64,000 nt of DNA from an uncultured delta proteobacterium (GTDB lineage Bacteria > Desulfobacterota > Binatia > Binatales > Binataceae): contig CAWJET010000001.1 in NCBI GenBank assembly GCA_963842085.1, forward strand, positions 896,001-960,000. Reading direction: 5' to 3'. The translations under genes were made by a program, and so were the position numbers. Of the stretch, positions 1 through 18,251 are shown piece by piece (the stretch's first letter is position 1; each line of letters starts with the position of its first letter). A model generated the notes under the pieces. It was not told the DNA's origin and searched no databases. It saw nothing but the letters and a program-made list of their open reading frames with translations.

Positions 1-3682
<3,682 letters not shown>

Positions 3683-3703
3683 CTCTTTATAACTCCCTGG
3701 CCC

Positions 3704-7813
<4,110 letters not shown>

Positions 7814-8001
7814 CAGCTACCTCACCGTGCGTGCGCCACATTCTTCGGCGCCGTGAAGCAATAGAGGACGCGGGCGCAGGAGTCTCCCCCGTGCCCACGG
7901 CTTCATCGATAAAGACCGTTTGAAATTCGCGCGCGCCCGTCAGTGCCGCGCCGCGTGAATTTCCCGACCCTTTGTTGTGCGTCAAAAAGACTAAATCCTT
8001 C

Positions 8002-8394
8002 CTACTTCAGCTCCACGCTGCCACCGGCGGCTTCGAGCTTCTTCTTGATCTCTTCCGCTTCGGCCTTGTTGACGCCTTCCTTGACCGCCTTCGGCGCGCC
8101 GTCGACCAGGTCCTTGGCCTCCTTGAGGCCGAGTCCGGTCAATTCGCGCACGACCTTGATCACCTGGATCTTCTTGTCGCCGGAGCCCGTCAGCACGACG
8201 TTGAACTCTTCCTTCTCGGGCGCCGCCGCGGCCGCACCGCCGGCCGCCGGACCAGCGGCAGCCACCGCGACCGGAGCCGCGGCCGATACGCCGAGCTCGG
8301 CCTCGAGTTCCTTGACGAGCGCCGCCGCGTCGATCAGGCTCAGGTTCTTCAGATAATCCTTCACCTGATCGCGGCTGAGTTGTCCTTCTGCCAT
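8002..8394 (-). CDS. rplL: 50S ribosomal protein L7/L12
   Basis: [23 protein letters not shown]. Confidence 0.98.
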   Translation of the reverse strand: MAEGQLSRDQVKDYLKNLSLIDAAALVKELEAELGVSAAAPVAVAAAGPAAGGAAAAAPEKEEFNVVLTGSGDKKIQVIKVVRELTGLGLKEAKDLVDGAPKAVKEGVNKAEAEEIKKKLEAAGGSVELK

Positions 8395-8497
8395 GTTACC
8401 TTCTCTCCTTGTTCACGCATCCGGGGAGATGTGGGAGCGCTTTTTCAGCGAAACCTCTACCGTGCGTTGTTCACGAATCAAACTTAGTCGCCTCTGC

Positions 8498-9085
8498 TCA
8501 TCCCTCAGATGCGGGCGCCGGTGCTTCAGGCGCAGGTTCCGATGAAGCTGCGGCTGGAGGCGGTGCGCCGGCGCCGTTTTTCTTTCCAATCGCGTCGATC
8601 ACGCGCGCCAGGTACGAGCCCGGCTCGTTGAGCAGGCGGACCAACTGCGTCGCCGGCGCATTGAGCAGTCCGAGCAACTGGCCGAAAACCACCTCGCGCG
8701 ACGGCAACGTCGCCAGTGCCTGCACTTCCGCGGGCGTGAGCGGCTTGCCGTCGAGCACCGCGCCGCGCAGCTTGAGCTTCTCGCCGAGAGGCCCGAACGA
8801 CGTGAACGTCTTCGCCAGCACGACCGGATCCTCGTAGCTGAGGATAAGGCCGACCTGCCCGCCGAGGTTGCTGTCGAGCGCCTCGAACTTGGTGCCCTTG
8901 ATCGCGTGGCGGACCAAGGTGTTCTTGGCGATACGCATCTCGCCGCGCACGGCGCGCAGGCGCTTGCGCATCTCGGTCGATTCCGCCGCCGTCATCCCGC
9001 GGTACTCGGATACGAGCGCGATACTGGCGCGGCCGAAACTGTTCGAGAGGTCTTCGACCAGCGCGGTCTTTTCTGATTTCTTCAT
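8498..9085 (-). CDS. rplJ: 50S ribosomal protein L10
   Basis: MKKSEK start; AKNTLVR, LATLPSRE; position between rplA and rplL; Ala/Pro-rich C-terminal tail. Confidence 0.95.
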   Translation of the reverse strand: MKKSEKTALVEDLSNSFGRASIALVSEYRGMTAAESTEMRKRLRAVRGEMRIAKNTLVRHAIKGTKFEALDSNLGGQVGLILSYEDPVVLAKTFTSFGPLGEKLKLRGAVLDGKPLTPAEVQALATLPSREVVFGQLLGLLNAPATQLVRLLNEPGSYLARVIDAIGKKNGAGAPPPAAASSEPAPEAPAPASEG

Positions 9086-9122
9086 TTCAATTATACCGAC
9101 CCAGCTCCAACGAACGAAAAGC

Positions 9123-9836
9123 TCAAGCGGCCGCCGCGAGTGCCTTGGGCGCCGCCTGCGCCGTATCGACACGCACGCCGGGACCCATGGTTGAGGAAAG
9201 CGCGACGCTGCGAACGTAGTTGCCCTTGGCGCTGGCCGGCTTGGAGCGAACGATCGCGCCAAGCAGCGCGCGCACGTTGTCGAGCAGCTTCTGCTCGCCG
9301 AAACTCAGCTTGCCGACACGCGCGTGCACGACGCCCGCCTTGTCCACGCGGTAATCGACCTTGCCGGCCTTGATCTCGGCGACGGCTTTCGCCACGTCGA
9401 AGGTGACGGTGCCGACCTTGGGATTGGGCATCAGGCCGCGCGGTCCGAGGATTTTGCCGATACGTCCGACCTGGCCCATCATGTCGGGCGTGGCGATCAC
9501 GCGGTCGAAGTCGAGCCAGTTCTCTTCCTGGATCTTCTTTATAATGTCGTCGCCGCCGACGAAGTCGGCGCCCGCTTCGCGCGCCTCGCGCTCTTTCTCG
9601 CCCTTGGCAACGACGAGCACGCGCGCGGTCGAGCCGGTGCCATGCGGCAGCACGATAGTGCCGCGCACGTTCTGGTCGGCCTGGCGCGGATCGACGCCGA
9701 GCCGCACCGCAATCTCGACGGTCTCGTCGAACTTGGCGACCTTGTTGTCGATAATCAACTTGACCGCTTCTTCGAGCGTGTAGCGCTTTTCGCGATCGAT
9801 CTTCTTGAGCGCTTCCCTGTATTTCTTGCCTGCCAT
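9123..9836 (-). CDS. rplA: 50S ribosomal protein L1
   Basis: [22 protein letters not shown]. Confidence 0.98.
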   Translation of the reverse strand: MAGKKYREALKKIDREKRYTLEEAVKLIIDNKVAKFDETVEIAVRLGVDPRQADQNVRGTIVLPHGTGSTARVLVVAKGEKEREAREAGADFVGGDDIIKKIQEENWLDFDRVIATPDMMGQVGRIGKILGPRGLMPNPKVGTVTFDVAKAVAEIKAGKVDYRVDKAGVVHARVGKLSFGEQKLLDNVRALLGAIVRSKPASAKGNYVRSVALSSTMGPGVRVDTAQAAPKALAAAA

Positions 9837-10261
9837 TAATCCGTGACCTCTATTCCCATGCTGCGCGCGGTGCCCGACACCGTGTTGACGGCGGCAGCGA
9901 GGTCGGCCGCGGTCAGGTCCTTGAGCTTGGTCTTGGCGATTTCCTCGACCTGCGCGCGGGTGACCTTGCCGACCTTGTTCTTGTTGGGCATCGGCGAGCC
10001 TTTTTCGATACCCGCCGCGCGCAGCAGCAGGATCGACGCGGGCGGACTCTTGGTGACGAAGGTGAAGGAGCGGTCGGCGTAGACGGTGACTATCACGGGA
10101 ATCAGCAGGCCCTGCATGTTCTGGGTCTGCGCGTTGAAGGCCTTGCAGAATTCCATGATATTGACGCCGCGCTGGCCGAGCGCCGGTCCCACCGGCGGCG
10201 AGGGATTCGCCGCGCCGGCCGGAATCTGCAGTTTGATCGATCCGACTACTTTCTTGGCCAC
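9836..10261 (-). CDS. rplK: 50S ribosomal protein L11
   Basis: [23 protein letters not shown]; GTG start. Confidence 0.98.
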   Translation of the reverse strand: MAKKVVGSIKLQIPAGAANPSPPVGPALGQRGVNIMEFCKAFNAQTQNMQGLLIPVIVTVYADRSFTFVTKSPPASILLLRAAGIEKGSPMPNKNKVGKVTRAQVEEIAKTKLKDLTAADLAAAVNTVSGTARSMGIEVTD

Positions 10262-10347
10262 TTTAAATTCGTTCCCGGTTTACTCAAGTCGTGAACACCG
10301 CCGGCGTGCTTGGTCGCGCGCATCCGGCGGATCGATTGTTGTTTTTC

Positions 10348-10914
10348 TCAGGCCTTCTCTACCTGCACAAAGTCGAGCTCGACCGGAGTTGCGCGGCCGA
10401 AGATCGAAATGAGAACTCGGACCTTGCCCTTCTCGGGCTTGACTTCCTCGACGGTGCCGTTGAAGTCCTGGAACGGGCCGTCGACGACTTTGATCGCCTC
10501 GCCCACCTCGAACAGCACCTTGGGCTTGGGCCGCAGCGCCCCTTCTTCCATCTGCTGCTCGATCTCTTCAACTTCGGACATCGGAACTTCGGGCGGGTTG
10601 GTCGAATGCCCGACGAAGCCGGTGATTTTCGGGGTGTCCTTGATGACGTGCCAGGTGTCGTCGTCGAGCACCATCTGCACGAAGATGTAGCCGGGGAAAA
10701 ATTTGCGGCTCGACACCTTGCGCGCACCGCCCTTGCCGAGTTCCTGCACGCGCTCGATCGGCACCAGCACCTTGCCGATTTTGTCTTCCTTGTGCAGCGA
10801 GCGCACCCGCTCCTCGAGCGCGGCCTTGGCCTTGTGCTCGTAGCCCGAGTAGGTATGGACGATATACCACTTCATCGCGGGCTTGGCGGCAGTTTCGGTA
10901 ATCGGTTCAGTCAT
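10348..10914 (-). CDS. nusG: Transcription termination/antitermination factor NusG
   Basis: WYIVHTYSGYE, FPGYIFV, KOW domain, IFGRATPVEL. Confidence 0.98.
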   Translation of the reverse strand: MTEPITETAAKPAMKWYIVHTYSGYEHKAKAALEERVRSLHKEDKIGKVLVPIERVQELGKGGARKVSSRKFFPGYIFVQMVLDDDTWHVIKDTPKITGFVGHSTNPPEVPMSEVEEIEQQMEEGALRPKPKVLFEVGEAIKVVDGPFQDFNGTVEEVKPEKGKVRVLISIFGRATPVELDFVQVEKA

Positions 10915-10962
10915 CTGAAGTGACGGTCCTGAATGAGCAATCCTGCGTTTGGTCGTCAGTCC

Positions 10963-11166
10963 CTAGCGGAGCAGCATCTGCACGCCGCGAACCGCGAAAA
11001 AGTCGATCACCCCGAGCCACAAAGCCATCACAAACGTCAGACCGAGCACCACAATCGTGGCCTGCATGGTTTCCTTGGGCGAGGGGTAATGGACCTTGGA
11101 AAGCTCCGTCCATGCTTCGGTGACGAAACTTACGCCCTGATTGAAGTAACTTTTCAGACTATCCAT
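10963..11166 (-). CDS. secE: Preprotein translocase SecE
   Basis: ELSKVHYPS followed by one TM helix; between tRNA-Trp and nusG. Confidence 0.92.
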   Translation of the reverse strand: MDSLKSYFNQGVSFVTEAWTELSKVHYPSPKETMQATIVVLGLTFVMALWLGVIDFFAVRGVQMLLR

Positions 11167-11222
11167 TTTTCGTGCCTAAATCAAGAACCGTGTGATTAAT
11201 TCGGTTAAACCGCTGTCATTTT

Positions 11223-11299
11223 TGGCGGGCCAGCCAGGATTCGAACCTGGAACCCTCGGATTTGGAGTCCGATGCTCTGCCAATTAGAGCTACTGACCC
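11223..11299 (-). tRNA. tRNA-Trp(CCA)
   Basis: Cloverleaf, anticodon loop CTCCAAA, GGTTCGAATCC, CCA end. Confidence 0.96.
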
Positions 11300-11428
11300 G
11301 TTTTTCACTGTACCAGCGTGCGTCGTGGCTCAGTCGAGCTCGAACCCATCAGGTAATTTTTCCCTTTTTGCTCCGATGTACCAGCCGGCGTTCGCGGCTC
11401 AGTCGACCCCGAACCGAACCTCGCATTA

Positions 11429-11584
11429 TCAGGTGATCTTCCCTTCCTTGTGGACGGTGTGCGCGCGGCACTTCGGACAGAATTTCTTGATGGAAAATTT
11501 GTCGGTCTGCGTCTTCTTGTTCTTGGTGGTCGTGTAGTTGCGCGATTTGCAACTGTCGCATGAAAGCGAAATCAGATCTCTCAT
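11429..11584 (-). CDS. rpmG: 50S ribosomal protein L33 (Zn-binding type)
   Basis: Manual translation [24 protein letters not shown]...[16 protein letters not shown]. Confidence 0.95.
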   Translation of the reverse strand: MRDLISLSCDSCKSRNYTTTKNKKTQTDKFSIKKFCPKCRAHTVHKEGKIT

Positions 11585-11627
11585 TGTCGTCCGCCTCGAA
11601 AGAACTTCTTCGTCACTGGCGCAAGTC

Positions 11628-11703
<76 letters not shown>

Positions 11704-11776
11704 ATCCGTCGCACTGCTCAACCGGAATATTTCAGTGAAAAGTGACCCACAAAACTCGTTGCCTCTTCAGATAATC

Positions 11777-11852
11777 TGGAGCGGGAAACGGGACTCGAAC
11801 CCGCGACCCCGAGCTTGGAAGGCTCGCGCTCTACCAACTGAGCTATTCCCGC
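11777..11852 (-). tRNA. tRNA-Gly(TCC)
   Basis: GCGGGAATAGCTCAG start, anticodon arm GAGCCTTCCAAGCTC, CCA end. Confidence 0.96.
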
Positions 11853-11878
11853 TCTCCCAGTCCAACTCGTTATCATAC

Positions 11879-11964
<86 letters not shown>

Positions 11965-11987
11965 TCCCAAGCCAATCGTGCCGACCA

Positions 11988-12059
11988 AGCCGATGGCGAG
12001 AATCGAACTCGCAACCACCTGATTACAAATCAGGTGCTCTACCGTTGAGCTACATCGGC
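11988..12059 (-). tRNA. tRNA-Thr(TGT), CCA not encoded
   Basis: GCCGATGTAGCTCAA start, anticodon loop TTTGTAA. Confidence 0.93.
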
Positions 12060-12078
12060 AAACGACGTTAAGGAAGCA

Positions 12079-12107
12079 AAGCTATTCGGCGCCGCGGCGA
12101 CTGTCAA
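12079..12107 (-). promoter_or_regulatory. Sigma70-like promoter of the tRNA cluster
   Basis: TTGACA-17 bp-TAGCTT about 20 bp upstream of tRNA-Thr. Confidence 0.7.
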
Positions 12108-12217
12108 GCTAAACGGCGTTTCGGGGTCTGCTTCTTGCATCGCGGCGCCGCTCGATCCGCCGACCAACCTGCGATCGCCCGCGAGAAGCCATGACCGTTG
12201 AGCGCGGCTGGTATGCG

Positions 12218-13129
12218 CTAACCCGCCGGATTCGCGGCGGCGCGACGGCGGGCGATTTCGAACAGCGCCACCGCGGCGGCGACTGAGACGTTGAGCGAGC
12301 CAACTCTGCCGCACATCGGGATGTCGACGACGAAGTCCGCCGCCTTCCTCACGATGTCGCGGACGCCGCGCCCCTCGGAGCCGACGATGATCGCGAGCCT
12401 GCGCGAGGTGTCGAGCGCGTAGATCGACGTATCGCCGCCGGGCGCGAGCGCCGCCGTCCAGTAGCCCGCCTCCTTGAGCTGCTCGATCGTGCGCGCCACG
12501 TTGCCGCATCGCGCGATCTTCAGATGGATCCACGCGCCGGCCGACGATTTGACTGCCGCGGGCGTGATGCCCACCGTGCGGTCCTTCGCGATGACGATCG
12601 CGCCGACGCCGGCGCCTTCCGCCGAGCGCATCAGGGCGCCCAGGTTGCGCGGATCGGTGACGCCGTCCACCAGCACGATCGGGTCGGGCTGCTCGGCGAG
12701 AATATCCTCGAGCGGCGTGTACTCGTACTCGCGCATCAGGGCCGCGATTCCCTGATGACGCGCGGCCGGTCCCGCCAATCGCTCCAATCCGGCTTCATCG
12801 GCGAACTCGACGTGGCCGCCGCCGGTCCTGACGAGATCGATCTCGGTGGCGAAGCGGCGCTCGTCGCCGGATTTCACGTAAAGCACTCGAATCGAGCCGG
12901 GCGCCGCCGCGACCAGCTCGCGGATAGGCTCGACGCCGTAAACTATTTCGCGATCGTTGCCGCCCACCCGCCGAGTCTCGCGCTCATCGGTATCCGCGCG
13001 TCGATAATCGCGCGCAGGGGCCGGCGCCGCCACCGGTTTGGCATGTGACGCTGGCGACTCGCGGCGCGGCGGCCGGGGCGCGTTGCGGTTGAAGCGTGGG
13101 TTGCGGCTCTTGTCGCGAAAGTCTCTCAT
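12218..13129 (-). CDS. rlmB: 23S rRNA Gm2251 methyltransferase
   Basis: SPOUT motifs DPRNLGALMRSA, GSEGRG, SLNVSVA. Confidence 0.92.
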   Translation of the reverse strand: MRDFRDKSRNPRFNRNAPRPPRRESPASHAKPVAAPAPARDYRRADTDERETRRVGGNDREIVYGVEPIRELVAAAPGSIRVLYVKSGDERRFATEIDLVRTGGGHVEFADEAGLERLAGPAARHQGIAALMREYEYTPLEDILAEQPDPIVLVDGVTDPRNLGALMRSAEGAGVGAIVIAKDRTVGITPAAVKSSAGAWIHLKIARCGNVARTIEQLKEAGYWTAALAPGGDTSIYALDTSRRLAIIVGSEGRGVRDIVRKAADFVVDIPMCGRVGSLNVSVAAAVALFEIARRRAAANPAG

Positions 13130-13356
13130 CAGCGGCGATACTATCAGAGCGCGGCGCGAGTATCGCGCACTTCTCTCAACGGATGCAGCAACGCAAAACC
13201 GGAACCGGCTGCGCTTACGCGCAGCTGTCCGAGATCCTTCCTGCCGTTCGCGTTGCTCGCTTCGTCGGGATGACAAAAGAATGAACCAGAGTCGCAAGTT
13301 TCAATCGCGCGGCGGGATGTCTAAACTTGGATGCGGCACCTGGCGCCGATCGAACC

Positions 13357-14547
13357 ATGAAACTAGCAATCCCCGGATTCGCGATCATCGACCGCTACGT
13401 CGCGCGCGAAGTGCTGGCGCCGTTCGCCGTCGACGTCGGCCTGCTGACCTTCGCGCTGGTCACCGGCAAATTGCTCAAGCTGATGGACATGGTCGTCAAT
13501 CACGACGTCAGCCTGGGCGAGGTGCTCGGCATCATCGGGTACATCATGCCGGCCTTCCTGGAACTGACGTTCCCGATGGCGCTGCTGCTGGGCGTGCTGA
13601 TGGGATTTGGGCGGATGTCGAGCGACCAGGAGATGACCGCGGCGCGCGCCTGCGGCGTGAGCCTGTATCGGCTGGCAATCCCGGTGATGTTCGTGGCGCT
13701 GGGGGTGTACGCGCTGTCGAGCTACTTCGCGTTCTCGCTGCGGCCGTGGGCGAATTCCAACCTGCGCAACAAGCTTTACGAGCTCAGCCAGACGCGGACC
13801 AGCGCCGGGCTGAAGGAAAAAATTTTCAACAGCAATTTCCCCGGCCTGGTCGTTTACGTTGACGAGATGTCCGACAGCGACTCCAGCATGAAGGGCGTCA
13901 TGATTTCGGACGCGCGCGATCCGCACAACCAGAACACGATAATCGCCAAGCGCGGAGCGATGTTCCCCGACCCCAAGAACAAGACGATCACGCTGCGGTT
14001 GTTCGACGGTTCGATCTTCGGCGTCGAGCCCGAGAACGACGCGACGCACGTGACCAGCTTCAAGATCTACGACCTCAGCGTCAATCCCGAGGAGTCGCTC
14101 GGCGTCAGCGATGTGGAGCCGGACGAAATGAAGTACTCGGATCTGCGCGCCGACATCGCGGCCGCGCGCGCCAAGGGCAAACCCGACTACGACGCCGAGA
14201 CCGAGCTGGCGAGCAAGTTTACCGTCCCCTTCGCCACGATTCTGTTCGCGCTGCTGGGCATCTCGCTCGGGCTCAAGCCGGCGCGCGGCGGCCACTCGGA
14301 GCGCTTCGGCGTGAGCGTCGCGCTGTTCTTTCTCTATTACTCGCTGATGCGGGTGGGCGAGACGCTGGCGCAGCGCGGCCTGCTCAACGCGTGGTTGGCG
14401 ATGAGCATTCCCGACATCGTCTTCACGGTGCTGGCGTTGCGGTTCTTCTATCGCGCTGCGTCCGACAAGGCCGACCAGGGGCGCGGCCCCGGCGACATCA
14501 TCTGGGATCTGGTCGAGCGCTACGAGCGCAGCAGGCAGGCGGCATGA
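13357..14547 (+). CDS. lptF: LPS export permease LptF
   Basis: YjgP/YjgQ family: IIDRYV, GRMSSDQEMTAARACGVS. Confidence 0.88.
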   Translation: MKLAIPGFAIIDRYVAREVLAPFAVDVGLLTFALVTGKLLKLMDMVVNHDVSLGEVLGIIGYIMPAFLELTFPMALLLGVLMGFGRMSSDQEMTAARACGVSLYRLAIPVMFVALGVYALSSYFAFSLRPWANSNLRNKLYELSQTRTSAGLKEKIFNSNFPGLVVYVDEMSDSDSSMKGVMISDARDPHNQNTIIAKRGAMFPDPKNKTITLRLFDGSIFGVEPENDATHVTSFKIYDLSVNPEESLGVSDVEPDEMKYSDLRADIAAARAKGKPDYDAETELASKFTVPFATILFALLGISLGLKPARGGHSERFGVSVALFFLYYSLMRVGETLAQRGLLNAWLAMSIPDIVFTVLALRFFYRAASDKADQGRGPGDIIWDLVERYERSRQAA

Positions 14548-15644
14548 GACTTCGCCCGCGCCTTTCGCCCGTCATTGACCGCTTCATCGCGGCCCAGTTC
14601 TTCGGCCCGTTCATGGTTTGCCTGGCGGCCTTCACGGCGGCCTATCTGCTCGGCGACATGTTCGATCGATTCGACGATTTAATCCGCTACGGCGGGCTGG
14701 GACTGCTGGGCCTCGAGTACTTCGCGCTCAAGCTGCCGCTGATTGTCTCGCAGGTGTTGCCGGTGGCGTGCCTGGCCGGTGTGCTGCTCGGCTTCGCGTT
14801 GCTCAATCGTTCGGGAGAGGTGCTGGCCTGCCAACAACTCGGCATCAGCCGGCTGGAGATGGCGGTGCCGGTGCTGTTGGTCGCGGTGTTGATCTCGGGT
14901 TTTGATTTTCTCATCAGCGAAACGGTCGTGCCCGCCGCGACGCGCCAGGCCAAGTACATCTATTCGGTGGAACTCAAGAAGCGTCAGCTCAGGGCAGTAT
15001 TCGCCAACCGGCGCATCTGGGTGCGCGTGCGCGACGGCTTCGTCTCGGCCGACCGCTACGACAAGAGAGACGCGCAACTCAAGGGCATCACCCATTATCA
15101 ACTCGACGACGATTTCGGCCTCAAGGATCTCGTGCATGCGGCCAGCGCGGAATGGAACGGTCACGTCTGGGTCGCGAAAGGCTTGAATTCGTTCCAGGTC
15201 GCCCCGGGTGGCACGGTGACCACCACCGACGCCACCCGGCTCGACCTGGGACTGACGCCGGCCGATTTCGGACTGCTGCGCTTCGACCCGGAGGAGTTCA
15301 GCCTATGGGAACTCGACCGCTACATCGCGGACCTGCGCAGCAAGGGACTCGACCCGGGCGGCTACGTCGTCGATCGCGATTTGAAGTATGCGATGCCGCT
15401 GGCGTGCTTGATAATGGTCGCGCTCGGGATGGCGCTGAGCCTCGACCCGCTGCCACGCAATATGAGCCTGGGCCGCAGCTTCGGGCTGGCAATCGTGATC
15501 GGTTTTGCCTACTGGACCGCGCTCGGAATCACGTCGGCGCTGGGCCGTTCGGCGCTGCTGCCGGCGGCGGTCGCCGCATGGATTCCAAATTTCATGTTCG
15601 CGATGATCGCGATCGCGATATTCCTGTTCGGCGAAGAACGGTGA
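14544..15644 (+). CDS. lptG: LPS export permease LptG
   Basis: YjgP/YjgQ family; ATGA overlap with lptF; AAWIPN near C-terminus. Confidence 0.86.
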   Translation: MRLRPRLSPVIDRFIAAQFFGPFMVCLAAFTAAYLLGDMFDRFDDLIRYGGLGLLGLEYFALKLPLIVSQVLPVACLAGVLLGFALLNRSGEVLACQQLGISRLEMAVPVLLVAVLISGFDFLISETVVPAATRQAKYIYSVELKKRQLRAVFANRRIWVRVRDGFVSADRYDKRDAQLKGITHYQLDDDFGLKDLVHAASAEWNGHVWVAKGLNSFQVAPGGTVTTTDATRLDLGLTPADFGLLRFDPEEFSLWELDRYIADLRSKGLDPGGYVVDRDLKYAMPLACLIMVALGMALSLDPLPRNMSLGRSFGLAIVIGFAYWTALGITSALGRSALLPAAVAAWIPNFMFAMIAIAIFLFGEER

Positions 15645-15669
15645 CCACCGCCCAGGCGCGCGGCGGGAT

Positions 15670-15957
15670 CTATTTGGCGCGATTTTCGATCAACTTGCTG
15701 CGCACCGCGATGTCGTAGGGGAGTGGCGCGCCGGGACAGAGCTCCGCGAGCCACTGTTTGGTGATTAGGTCAGGAAGTTTGCGAAAGCTAAATACTGAAA
15801 CGTAAACGGCGTCTCGCTGACCGGAGGACGGGTCTTCGATGAAATCACGACGGCATCGGGAACAGTGATATTGAATCACCGGTTTCCCGCGTTCGATCTC
15901 TATTCGGCGCCCGTGCGCACTGGACCATTTGTGGCTGTTCCATACGTCGCGGTCCAT
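15670..15957 (-). CDS. Small hypothetical protein with CxxC
   Basis: GGAGG RBS upstream; YHCSRCRRDF. Confidence 0.6.
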   Translation of the reverse strand: MDRDVWNSHKWSSAHGRRIEIERGKPVIQYHCSRCRRDFIEDPSSGQRDAVYVSVFSFRKLPDLITKQWLAELCPGAPLPYDIAVRSKLIENRAK

Positions 15958-16135
15958 GGGAATTTCACCTCCCGAGGCAAATCGTGTGCGACGTGCCCGA
16001 TGCAAAACTAATATTCCGTTTGTTGTCCAAGCTCAAGGAAATCGGCCCTTAGAGAACGACGAACACGGATTTTTTGTGACCAAAAATCCTGGCGACTTCT
16101 TGAGGTGGGGATAGGGTCTCGATTACGAAGTTTTT

Positions 16136-17029
16136 TCAGTTCGTATCCGGAGATTGCCTGTTCGCCAGTGAGCGGTTGGCCCAGACGGGCGATTCTAACC
16201 ATCGATTGTCTTGAAGCGCATCCCGCTGCGTTCCGTTTGCCATCTTGTAGTTTTCGACTTCCTTCATTCGCGAGAGCGCGTAGCGGAACGGCTCATTCGA
16301 GATCGTCACAACGCCCTGGTACGGATGCGCCAGTTCGACAATCGCCAGGATCGTCATGCCGAGCAAGATTGAAAAGAACCCGCACATTATCTCCTGCGCG
16401 CGAAACACGTTGCTGCCGAAGAAATAGCTGAAGCCGATCGTCATCGCGCATCCGAGGTAGATTACCATCCACACCACCGAGGGAAGATCGTCGGCGTAAA
16501 AGAGAAATCGGATGCTGCGCGCGTCGTCGATGATGTTGAGCTGGTCGATCGCCTTGTCCACCAGCATCTGCTCGCGGCTGTCGGCGGTGTGATATGAGAG
16601 CACGACCGACCAGAGCTTGAGGGCGCTGCCGGTGTCCGCGTGAGCGCGGTTAGTGGCCATCTGCGGCCATTCTTTTTCGATCACTCGATGAGTGTATTCG
16701 AGGACAGCCGATTCGAGCTGGGTCCGCATCGGGTCAGAGAACCCTGCGCCGAATTTGTAAAGGCTCTCCAGCGCCGTTGCTTCCTGGTGCGTGTTGGTGT
16801 TGGCCAGGCTGAACCGCTCCCACGTTGCAACAATAACAAAAGCAAGCACCAGGCCGTAAAATGCCCCGAGCACTCCGAAGGTAACCGAAGCCACCTCGTG
16901 GTTCTTCTGCAGACGGTCGAGAGGAACCAGTTGCCTGACGACGTAGAGACCCGCCACGCTGCCGCCACCGAACACCACCAGCACGAACAGGATCTGACCG
17001 AACGTTCCCCAATAGAGCAGAAAATCCAT
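16136..17029 (-). CDS. DUF4239 / bestrophin-like membrane protein
   Basis: GAFYGLVLAFVIVATW, ELAHPYQG; GGAGG RBS. Confidence 0.75.
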   Translation of the reverse strand: MDFLLYWGTFGQILFVLVVFGGGSVAGLYVVRQLVPLDRLQKNHEVASVTFGVLGAFYGLVLAFVIVATWERFSLANTNTHQEATALESLYKFGAGFSDPMRTQLESAVLEYTHRVIEKEWPQMATNRAHADTGSALKLWSVVLSYHTADSREQMLVDKAIDQLNIIDDARSIRFLFYADDLPSVVWMVIYLGCAMTIGFSYFFGSNVFRAQEIMCGFFSILLGMTILAIVELAHPYQGVVTISNEPFRYALSRMKEVENYKMANGTQRDALQDNRWLESPVWANRSLANRQSPDTN

Positions 17030-17195
17030 CTCCCAAGTCCCTCCTCCTCCGCCGCACAACGGATGCCGGTGACCAGAGAGAGTATTGGATTCACAGGCGA
17101 AGTTCATCCCGCCCCAACCAGCAACGCGATTCCCGCAAGAAAGTGTGAACCCCACAGCAGGGCTTCACATTCAATTAAGTGACCGCATCCAACCA

Positions 17196-18251
17196 CTACA
17201 GATTCGCGATTACGGCGCGCGTGAACTCTGACGTCTTCGCGGTGCCACCCTGGTCGGGCGTCAGCACGCGGCCGTCGGCGTACACCTTGCGCACGGCGGC
17301 GTCCAGGCGCGAGGCGTCGGCGCCGAAACCGAGGTAGTCGAGCATCAAGGCGGCCGAGAGCATCGTTGCGGAAGGATTTATGATCCCCATCCCCATGATA
17401 TCGGGCGCCGTGCCGTGTACCGATTCGAAGTAGGCGTAGTCCGCGCCGTAGCATCCGCTGGGAGCGAGCCCCAGCCCGCCGATAATTCCGGCAGCCGCGT
17501 CGGACAGGATGTCGCCGTACAGATTCGGCGCGACCACCACGTCGAGCTCGTGCGGCGATTGCACGAGCCGGCGCGCGAAGTCGTCCACGATAAACTGCTC
17601 GTACTTTATTTCAGGATACTTGCCCGCGGTTTCCTCGATGATCTTGCGGAACAGGCCGTCCGACTCGCGCAGCATGTTGTACTTCGACGTGCACGTGAGC
17701 TTGCCCTTGCCGCCGGCGCGCTTGCGCTTGAGCGCAAGCTGGCAGGCGAACTCGGCGACGCGCCGCGTCGCACGCTCGGTGATCACCTTGATCGCGTAGA
17801 TGCCGCGCTCGGACGTGTCGAGCGGCGCGCGCAGGATTTTGCTCATCAGTTTCAGCGGAGCGAGCGCTGCGAGCGGACCCTCGAGCCCGAGATACAGGTC
17901 TTCGAGATTTTCGCGCACGATCACGAAGTCGATTCCCTCGGGCCGGGCCAGCGGGCTTCGAAACCCCTTCGAGTAGCGCACCGGGCGGACGTTGGCGAAC
18001 GTCTGCTTGCCCCATCGCAGATAGGTGATGGCGGTGGTCTTGCCCGAGGTCGAGCCGAACAGCGTCGTATCGGACGCGTCGATTGCCTCGCGCGCGGCGG
18101 CGGCGGTCTCGCCGCGCACCCATTTCTCACCGGGCGGGAACTCGACGTAGTCGAGCGGAAGTTTCAAGGCGCGGATCGCGTCCATCGTGGCGCTCATCGC
18201 CTCCGGCGCCGCGTCGTCGCCCGGCAGCACTACGACTCTTTTGTTTGCCAT
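17196..18251 (-). CDS. Isocitrate/isopropylmalate dehydrogenase family protein
   Basis: NLYGDILSD, FESVHGTAPDI, TPDQGG. Confidence 0.9.
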   Translation of the reverse strand: MANKRVVVLPGDDAAPEAMSATMDAIRALKLPLDYVEFPPGEKWVRGETAAAAREAIDASDTTLFGSTSGKTTAITYLRWGKQTFANVRPVRYSKGFRSPLARPEGIDFVIVRENLEDLYLGLEGPLAALAPLKLMSKILRAPLDTSERGIYAIKVITERATRRVAEFACQLALKRKRAGGKGKLTCTSKYNMLRESDGLFRKIIEETAGKYPEIKYEQFIVDDFARRLVQSPHELDVVVAPNLYGDILSDAAAGIIGGLGLAPSGCYGADYAYFESVHGTAPDIMGMGIINPSATMLSAALMLDYLGFGADASRLDAAVRKVYADGRVLTPDQGGTAKTSEFTRAVIANL

